DNA from: Octopus sinensis
Lineage: Eukaryota
Reading direction: 5' to 3'
Length of the DNA: 64,000 bases
Assembly: GCF_006345805.1 (NCBI RefSeq)
Contig: NC_042999.1
Location: 38,750,001 to 38,814,000, forward strand
Part shown: piece after piece, positions 54,230 through 64,000 of the stretch
How the letters are laid out: each line of letters opens with the position of its first letter
Position numbering within the stretch: the stretch's first letter is position 1
Program-made: the position numbers and the translations under genes
Notes under the pieces: generated by a model
What the model was told of the DNA's origin: nothing
Seen by the model: only the letters and a program-made list of their open reading frames with translations
Databases searched by the model: none

Positions 54230-54410
54230 GTATGAGGAAAGCGTGAGAGAAAGTTGTGGTGAAAGAGTACAGCGGGCTTCACCACCAGAGCCTCGTGGAG
54301 TTTAGGTGTTTTTGCTTAATAAACACTCACAATGCCCGGTCCGGGAATCGAACCCGCATTCTTACGACCGCGAGTCCGCTGTCCTAAACACTTGACTATT
54401 GCGCCTTCAC
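54230..54410 (-). mobile_element. tRNA-headed SINE (further family)
   Basis: Minus strand: gtgaaggcgcaatagtcaagtgtttagg (A-like), cgggttcgattccc (B box), then ggcattgtgagtgtttattaagcaaaaacacctaaactccacgagg. Confidence 0.75.
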
Positions 54411-54439
54411 TCAGCTGCTGCTCTGTATATAGACACTCA

Positions 54440-55200
54440 CACGGGAGTGGCAGTCAAGCACACAGTGACTGCTTTTGAAGAAACTCTTCACAGGCGCTAC
54501 TTGTTTTTCCATCTCTCTGGTGTCCCTTTCTTTCGTGGAAAGTTCCTGTTTCTTTTCCACTTTCTGCATTCCCTTTCACAATATTTGTTTCCAGCGAAGG
54601 CGACCATTTTCGACCGTCTATCTCAGGAGACGTCCAGATCAAGTGACTTCATATCTTTCTTGCAGACATCCTTGACACGAAGATGAGTTCGTCCTCGTGT
54701 GACGATGGACAATTTCCCACGCCGGAGGTCTTTTGGGATACTCCTTCCAGCATGGGATGTACATGCCTAAACCAGCGCAGACGGTGCTGCTGAACAGGGT
54801 GAATATACTGGATATTTTGGCACGGTTGAGAACTTCGGTGTTGGTGATGCGGTCGGTCCACTTGATATCAAAGATGCAGCAGACGAAGACATTTGTGGCC
54901 AGTTTTGTTTTCTTTGTGGACCTGGCAAATATGACTCAGATTCCAGGAGAGGTCATCAGAGATGGTTGAGTAGAAGTAATGGAATTTATGGACTATCTCC
55001 AGCTTGTAGTTGCTAATGGTGAAGGAGGTGGGCGATTGACGCCTTGGTCCAATATTTTGGGCTTCTACAGAATGATAGCCAGGCTGAATTCCTGATAGGT
55101 CTTTGAGAGTTTGTCCAGGAAGTGGTGCATTTGCCCCTCAGAGTGCGTTGTCAATGCTGATGAGTATATGACGCAACCTGAGTTTTGCTTTCAGCCTCGA
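54440..55200 (-). mobile_element. RTE/BovB-type LINE remnant (RT C-terminal region)
   Basis: NYKLEIVHKFHYF..TISDDLS and QQHRLRWFRHVHPM, followed by a decayed RGRPRLRYKDVCKKDMKSLD-like segment. Confidence 0.82.
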
Positions 55201-57362
55201 TAGACTAAACTGTTTCTTATACACATATATATCTAAAGCTTGTTCATCATGGTCCAACGCGATCTTTTGGCGAAGAAAACGTGCTGCTTCTTAATTCATT
55301 GCATCGATCCCTCTCTGTCTCTCTCTCCTTATTGATGGACTTGATGAACCAAAGAATCAGTCCACCTATATATGTGTATGTGTCTCCTTGTGTGTTTGTG
55401 TATGTGTGTGCGTATTGCGTGAACGATTTAGATTTGAAGTGGAAGACAAATTATTTCCATTATTCTTCTTTATTGACAACATTTCTGTTTCTTTTCTCTT
55501 CTTGTCTTGATTTTAGAAAAACTTGCAAATGGCCATCTTACTTCTACATATTATTTACTGTGTACATCAGTCCCATGATACTGAGGAACGCTATTGCGCC
55601 GTACGTCATAAATTGGGTGTCTGCGCACTTAGCGGTGTCCATGTCTCATTATGTTTAACCACTGTCAATATTTTCAAGTTAGGGGGAGAGACAAAATACA
55701 GTTACCTGTCATAGAACAGAGTTGTTACTTTATTTCCTCAAAATATTTAGATGAATGGCACGCATTCGAACTCAAAATGCAGGGGATTGAATGGTATAGA
55801 GAAAGTCAACTGACCTAAACCTCTATGAATTCGATCAATTCACCGCTATAGCTTCCATTACATCACAACACACACAGAGACAGACACAGACACAGACACA
55901 CACACACACACAGACACACACACACACATACACACACACACACACATACAAACACACACACATACATGATGCAATAATCATTATAATGCACGATTACATC
56001 TATAAATTGCGAAATGATTAATTTTAATGATAGATATCAAGTTACGCATAGTTAACACATATTATATTTAAGAGAAGTATAATTTTATTTGTACTAATTT
56101 TCTCCAATTAAACAAGCATTAATTATATTGACATGTCAGGAATGTGAGCTTAATCTAACATTAGTGTCAATTCAGTCAATAAACACCGATATACGAAACT
56201 GTGTTCAGTAATCATTATAGCTGTTACGGCATGGCTTCGGCCATTTCATCTTAATCACCGGAAAATATTTCGTTACACGTTATTCTGGAGTTAATAAACA
56301 AATTCAATCAGCAGTTTGGGATGAATTAGACCTTTAGAATAACCAGGTTAATATACGTTCCTAATTTCAAACAGAAATCTGTTTGGTATTTGTATGAAAT
56401 ATTGTTTTAGGGCTGAATTGTACCTTTTTTTCCCTACAAATTGATTTAAAAATGATATTAGTTTGGATGAGGAGGAACTAATTATATATTAAGTAGATGC
56501 GTTTTCCTTTCAAATTAGTCAGTGTTGCTGTTTATATGAAATTCTTTAAAACCGGCAAAAGGGGATGTCTGGAACATATTTAGCTTAATGTTGCTAAGCC
56601 ACAAATGTATATACGTCCGACTGGATTTAGTACAAAGCTAGAGGTAAATAGTTTACGCGGTTGATGAAGGTCGAAAGGATAGAGTTATGTAACTAGAGGA
56701 ATTTTTTTGTATTAAATGAAAGCTACAGAAAGAGGATCTGAAGACAAAGAGGTCGTAATAGGATTTGTCTCGCAGCCTATTGTTTCCTTTTGATTTTTTT
56801 CTCCATTTTGATATAGAGAAAAACAGAAAGAAGATATTTGAAAGAATTATTCACATTATACAATTGGAAATGATTGAGAGAAAACAAACGTGTCGTATTT
56901 GAACCAAAAGGCATGCCGGTAAAATTTTAAAAAAACATTTTAAAACTTCAAACAGATCAATATTTCCGGTAATATCTAAATTTATTTTCTTCCTGAAAAA
57001 CTAAAGTTGAATTATTTTAAGTTTATTGACAGGAAAAAAAATTACTGATATCAACCATGGAATAAATGAAAATGTAAATACATGCAAAGAATGTTGATGC
57101 GTTAATGATAGCGTTACGTTCAAGAATAAGCATTCTTGATGATAAATATTCGAAAACGTTCTCAAACACTTCCGGCTACTTCACTTTCCATCTCTCGAGT
57201 AGAGCACTTTACATAAGCCAGCTATGAGAGTGACTACATGACTTCTGGCTGCTTAAATATTTGCATGATATTTCTGTCGAGTCAATATCGCATTTCACCT
57301 ACTTTTGAATGACTAAGTATAGCAAGTTGTCTCCACAATCAGCACCTGTAAGTCTTCTGATA

Positions 57363-57393
<31 letters not shown>

Positions 57394-57463
57394 CAGATAT
57401 ATATGCATGTATGTATGAATCTATGTGTGTATGTATACATATAATAACAGATAGAGAGAGATG

Positions 57464-57498
<35 letters not shown>

Positions 57499-57503
57499 CA
57501 TGC

Positions 57504-57564
<61 letters not shown>

Positions 57565-57580
57565 GCATAATATATAATAT

Positions 57581-57623
<43 letters not shown>

Positions 57624-57641
57624 GTATATATATATATATTA

Positions 57642-57675
<34 letters not shown>

Positions 57676-58304
57676 CATATACATGTATATATTATCTATT
57701 CAACCTATCTATATATATTCAACATATCTATATGTGCATTGATATACGATTTCACATTTAATGTAGAATGCATGAATGATATATGTATGTATACAAGGAA
57801 GTATATATTGAACTGGTTTTAGAATGATTATCAATGTATGAATCGGATAGGTTGAAGAATCTGGTAGTCATAAGGTTTCTCTTGTGTCAAGTCAGCAAAT
57901 TCTAACATTTTATATACTGAAGGAAGCCAGATACAATTTCTCATCGACACACTAAACAAGTTATTTAATTCAGCGAGATAACATGCAATTAGTGTTTTTC
58001 TCAAAGTCTATGGTATTCCATCTGCTGAACTATACTCTGTGGTTTTATACACTAACCATATTATAATGTAGGGAAATCAGGCTTGGAGTTATGTATTTTA
58101 CAAATCATTACAAATTTTAACTGTAAAAATTATTTCTCGATACTGTGTATGCAATGTTGTTAATTTTAATGGTTTTATCAATAGTTACACAAATATCAAC
58201 AACAAACAAGGAATAATTGCTATATTGGAACATTATTAGTAATTGCGCTCTTCAGGCGGTGAATTTGTAGAAACTGAGCGTCGGAAGAAATGTACTGTGT
58301 TTGT

Positions 58305-58640
58305 TACGCCTCTTGATATTCTGTGTGGAACCGCCATCCAACCAAAATGCAAATATAAGGGAAACTACCACCTGTGTCATCTCTTGTGAAAGGTAGGAGA
58401 GTCCAGTTTGCTGGACATTGTTGTAGTGCTGAAAAAGAAGTAATTTCTGCTCTTCTCCTCTGGAAGCCATCTACTCGCAACACCAGAGGGCGCACACTCT
58501 CCTACCCTGATGTAATCTCCACGGATACAGGCATCCAGCAACAGGACCTCCGTAATGCCATGATGGACCGTGAAGTCTGGCGTAGCATGGTAAATTCCAC
58601 TGTCTCGACCACGGTCGAACAGTGATGATGATGATGATTC
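58305..58640 (+). mobile_element. RTE-related LINE 3' end with (GAT)n tail, nested in an old SINE
   Basis: LPPVSSLVKGRRVQFAGHCCSAEKEVISALLLWKP...RGRTLSYPDVI..DTG...DLRNAMMDREVWR*, then gatgatgat. SINE head-like sequence lies at ~58245-58300 and body-like sequence at ~58641-58770. Confidence 0.8.
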
Positions 58641-59019
58641 TGTGTTCAAGTCCCGCAGACATATCTTTGCCTATCCTCCTTTCCTAGGGTCGATCATATG
58701 ACCGGCCTGATTACTGGAACATCAACTCTTTAAGTCTAACCCACTCCAAAACTTTTCAGGCGTTGTTCTTAAATTAGAATTCACTCCTATTATAAGATAG
58801 ATATTTTCAATCGCTTGACCGACTGTTAAAAACATTTTACGACATTTGTTCCGTTTTTATCATAATCCGATTTCAAACTCCACCGAGAACATCTTTGCCT
58901 GTCGTCGTTTCGGAGTCGATTAAATAAAATAACCTCAAACAGACCTAAATGGCAGGAAATATATACGTACACCAAGAGCAAGATGGTTGGAGAATCACCA
59001 GAATCTCAGTTTGTACAAG

Positions 59020-59489
59020 TGAAGATGGTTGCTTGCGACTCTGGCTGGTAATATACTATGCGGTTTCACCGTTTTGTCCACAGATTTTGCACTTACCACT
59101 TTATGCTGTGTTGTCTATTCTGTATTTTATGTAGTTTGTTCTTAATACTTGCTCTTGTGCAGTACAGATTAGAGCCTCCGTTTCCGGTTTTAAATCACGT
59201 TTAGTCAACCACAGCCATCTTTTTTAACTGTCTGTGTCTAATTTTCAACATCCCTATGAAATTGACCATCCGTTCTTTTCTTTACTCACCTATTTTCAGT
59301 TCCATTCGTTTTCAATTGCTTGCATAGTCCTTTGACTTTGCAGTCTTTCCTCCTACACAAGCCTGACTTTCTTACTTCTAATAATAACGGTTCTGCGGCA
59401 TCGTTTACGTACCATGCTATGTTGCTTTCTTTTGCTCTAATGCTGTGTTCGCATCCAATAAGTCTTCTTTCTCCTCTTTTTCTTGGTAC

Positions 59490-59492
<3 letters not shown>
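59020..59492 (-). mobile_element. R4/Dong-clade fragment (thumb to zinc-finger region)
   Basis: Starts right after the (TAA)n tract: KVPRKRGERRLIGCEHSI (PRKxGGRGL-like)...WLWLTKRDLKPETEALICTAQEQVLRTNYIKYRID..KCKICGQNGET. Confidence 0.85.
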
Positions 59493-59564
<72 letters not shown>

Positions 59565-59572
59565 AATAATAA
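59493..59572. repeat. (TTA)n microsatellite
   Basis: Direct sequence. Confidence 0.98.
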
Positions 59573-59766
59573 TGTGGTAAGTAGCTTGTTTGGTAAGTAG
59601 ATTGTGGTAAGTAGCTTGTGTGGTAAGTAGCTTGTTTACCAACAACATGGTTCCGGGTTCAGTCCCACTGTGTAGCACCTTGGGCAAGTGTCTTCTACTA
59701 TAGACTCGGGCCGACCAAAGCCTTGTGAGTGGATTTGGTAGACGGAAATTGAAAGAAGCCCGTCGT

Positions 59767-59808
<42 letters not shown>

Positions 59809-60036
59809 TGTGTGTGTTTGTGTGTCTGTGTTTGTCCCCCTAGCATTGCTTGACAACCAATGCTAGTGTGTTTATGTCCCCGTTACTTAGCGCTTCGGCA
59901 AAAGAGACCGATAGAATAAGTACCGGGCTTAAAAAAGAATAAGTCCCGGGGTCGAGTTGCTCGATTAAAGGCGGTGCTCGAGCCTGACCGCAATCAAATG
60001 ACTGAAACAAGTAAAAGAATAAAAGAGTAAAGAGTA
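59573..60036 (+). mobile_element. SINE family A with four tandem copies of the A-box segment
   Basis: tggtaagtag occurs four times in 59573-59635, followed by a normal body and tail. Confidence 0.9.
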
Positions 60037-63000
60037 TTATTTTTTATTATTATAGTTATTTTTATTATTACTTTTATTTGTGCATGGTCTAGTAATATCA
60101 TCAGAGCGTTGGAATAAATACTGTGCGTGTACTGGGTGTATATCAAACCAAAGCAAAGTTTAACTTCCATCTTTTCAGGTTCGATAAAATAATGTTCTAT
60201 ACAAGCAATGCGGGCGGGGGTACCCACTAACGTCATTACCACAAAATTGCTGGTATTCAGGAGGTCAAATTATAATATTTTCTTGGCATTATTGTATTTT
60301 CTCTAGTCCTACAAGCAACGTAGTAAAATTGGCAAAAAATATTAAAGCATTAATGATTATATCAATAATAATTACTATTATTTCAAATAGGAAAAGCCGT
60401 GTTTGAAAATACATCAGGTGATGTGAAAGTTATTGCATAATAGGCAGTGACCGTTTGATTACTCAGTGAAGTGAAGAGGAAATGACATCAATCAAAGCGG
60501 TTGCGAGCGGTAAATGTTTGAAATGTTTGAATCTTCCTATCACACGACTACGTCAGCCGTAACTTCTTCCGTATTTTTAAATCCATTCATATATTCAACT
60601 ACGCATCAGTTGTCAAGGACAGGCAGTAAAAATAGTCAGCACTCAGAAGAGTAATACATAGCGGGTTAAATACAGAAATCAAAAGAATGTTAACAAATTT
60701 AAGTTGTGTATTCAGTTAACAGGTTTTAAAATTAATGTCGTAAAATCAAACAGAGATGAGTCAAAAGTATAGACTGCACGTAGTCATTCAGATATACAGT
60801 GCAACGAAATTGACCTTCCATTTATAAGGGGGTCTTATTGAATAAAGAAAAAGACACTGGACAATGTGTTACTTGATACACTGTGTTATGCGATCGAGTT
60901 GCCAATGATGAAATAATTTCGGTAAGAGAATTTTCAGTCAGTGCTTATCTGGAATAAACATATTCCAACCAGAATAAAATAATACTACTCGGAGTATCTT
61001 ATTGTTAGATCGCGTCTGGCGATCCGATCTAACTCATTATGTATGAACTTTGTAATTCACTACAAACAGATTAAATGAAACTCCTTTTAAGCATCTATTT
61101 ACATGGATATTTCATTAGTTTTCTGCATCACAATTAGAAAAGATTTGTTGTCTTAACTCACATTGCCATTCCATTAACAACGATTTGTTGCTCGGAATTT
61201 TTTAACTCATGAGACCGTCACATTCCAGCTTCAGCAAACATGCCACTCATTATAACATTTAGTGTAGTCTTATCCAGAAGTCTTAATAAATTTCTTTTAC
61301 AAGTATTCCTCATTGCACATATTTTTCAGCATTCCGAAGCGTACAGTGTCTCCCCAATATTCATTTACCATTCTGGTTCGTAGCATCAGGAATTTTCGAC
61401 GAAAATAAATCTAGTAAAACTTTGTAAGTATCAACTCTGTCTAATTTAGTAACAATGCCAGAAATATTGAAGCTGTGGCAAATCGATGTAATCGACTTGA
61501 ATACTTGAACTATATATTATTGAAACTGAACAGGTGAAAAAGATTGTTGACCTCAGCGGTATTGAACTCAGATTATCAAGAACCGGAACAAATAATGAAT
61601 GTTTTCCGATGCAATAGCGATTCTACAAATACATTTTTCCAGCAGCGCAATAGACAATGAATCTTTCAATAACATAAGTATTGTGCCACTAGAATATTCA
61701 AAGTAGTACTAACATATTCTTAAAACTTTGCTTGAGCTAAATCTCTCCCGATACATCGATTACAATTTGAAGAATTAAACTTCATTTGATGTAGTATAAT
61801 CTACAATAATAGCAACGTGGATATGTACTAAATCACATCTAATGTGTATAGACCATAGGGGAAAGAAATTGGTATATAAAGGAGAATTTTAAAAAGGATG
61901 TAGATAATAAGTAGTTGACCTACGACTAAATTGTTGATTGCATTTCTGTCTGCGTGGCGTAATGTCTGTTTTGATATGTAGAAATTCTAAATTTAACAAC
62001 GTGTTTGTATCATAGCGGTATTATAACACGGTTGCATTATGTTCAAATATGGCAAAATAGGTCGCAATAAGAGGAAAACTTAAAAAATAAGAGTAATTTT
62101 TAATCAAGAATTTGGTATGTTGACAAAATATATTTAGTATTTCGGCTCCAAAGGTTAAGATATCAAAAATACGGATTACGATATATGTTTGTTGATATAC
62201 CTATGAAGTTTTGTAATACCAGTGGTAGTATAAAGTGGCAGGCAGAATATAGCACGTCTATAAGTTGAAAACGTTTTGGCGAAAATTATTAGCAAAAACT
62301 CCATCGGTATGCTATGTGATATTATAGAATATCATATATGCATAGCAATTGGTTCAGTAAATATAGATCAAGAATACCTACACAGATGTCGGTCTGCAAG
62401 TATTTAAGAAATAGAAAAAAAATTGCAATGCTAAATAATAAAATTAATGTGTGTGTGTGTGTGTGTGTATCGGTTCTTTGATCAAATAAATAATCGTCTA
62501 TGAATCGATGATATATTAAGGAAAACAAATGGTATCATTGTACATTCACAAATAATTAGCCGCAAATTACTGAAATAAATATTAGTGAAGATATGAGACA
62601 TGTGAAGTCAAGTAAAGAATTGATTTTTAAAGATTCATGAGATGAAGTGGAATTGATGGAGTTAATTACGACAAACAAGATATTTTCTCGTACAGTAGTT
62701 TCATATTTGCAATTAATAGAGTTGTTTCGTCTGTTAATGCAGTGTTACTAGCACAATGGATAATGACAATGGAAGCAACGCAAACGATAACAGTAAGAAG
62801 TCTACGCTAAGTGCTTCGCTTTCAGCAATTGTAGAATGGATTGCATGAATTGTTAATGTTTAAGATATTGAAATGTAGAGGATCTGTAAATATTTAGAAC
62901 TACAGCTAAATGCATTGTTGTCGTAGGGTCATTATTGAAATCACTCGTACTCACGTGACCACAGCCCGCATCTCAGCCAGATGCATTCATATTCACACAC

Positions 63001-63171
63001 ATCAGATATACATACATACAAACATGCATAGGTGTGTTTATGTGTATGTGGGTGAATGTATATATATATATATTTATCTGTGTATATATGCATGTATGTA
63101 AGATGCATATAAGTACATACATGCATATACACACACATATATATATATACATACATACATACATACATACA

Positions 63172-63220
<49 letters not shown>

Positions 63221-64000
63221 TGATATATATATATTGATATATGTGCCTGTGTGTGCACTCATGTGTGTGTCTCTGTATGTGTACATGTATCTATGCGGAA
63301 ACAAATTTAATATGCTTTATAAACGACTGCATACATTTCCGTAAATTTCTTATTGTTTAATTCGGAACAATGGCATTCTTAAATCCACTAACTTTTATAG
63401 TCATTCCTGTTTTCGTGTGATACCAATAAAGAGCGAATTATATAAATGCTGCTGTCATTGCAGCAGTTGTTTAGGAGATAGCATTCGCGGGTATGATGTT
63501 AGAAATAATATGACTATATCAACGTTTTAAAAATCTACTTAGCATTCAACTTCTATACACTTCCTTGGGCAATTAGTAGGAACAATCGATAAAAGAGCAA
63601 AATAAAACATATATCTGTCATCAATGCAAAGGTCTCAAGAAGTATTCTTCCATACAGCATTGACTTTCCATAATTTTGGGGTGGAGTCCATGACTGGATA
63701 CGCTCCGCCTCCTTCATTCGATTTGTATATTTAACTATTTTTAGGGAAAAATGGGCTGATATTTGACGTGAAGGGGAATGTACTCAGCCATGTTTTAGAA
63801 TTTTCCAGACAGGCTGTGTAACACCATGTCTTCATTAGTATACATAGTTTCATCTCTCTCTCTCTCTCTGTATATATATAATATGGATTCTTGGGGGAAT
63901 AGCGGTACTTAAATGATATGAACCATGTAGGGTTGAACTAACCTGTGGTTACCACCAATGGTCTATTAAATATCCACTAGTATGTTCAGGTTGTGTAAAC

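Overview
AT-rich eukaryotic genomic DNA with very dense microsatellites. The SINE repertoire points to a coleoid cephalopod, most likely Octopus (recognised from the repeats, not checked against a database). No complete protein-coding gene, tRNA/rRNA gene or CRISPR array can be supported, and nearly all listed ORFs are translations of simple repeats. The window holds many copies of a tRNA-headed CORE-type SINE and several other SINE families. It also holds decayed LINEs (CR1-type, RTE-type, and four R4/Dong-type fragments bounded by (TAA)n tracts), mariner and Tc1 remnants, and many Penelope-like element (PLE) termini. The most striking structure is a set of fold-back inverted repeats built from PLE ends carrying hammerhead ribozyme motifs. 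The largest is a ~3.75 kb near-perfect palindrome (10051-13794) with an outward-facing hammerhead at each end. A 490-bp hairpin (33651-34075) carries two opposed minimal hammerheads. Three plus-strand segments with canonical splice signals can be joined in phase into a speculative 104-aa ORF. There is a 100-N scaffold gap at 40396-40495.
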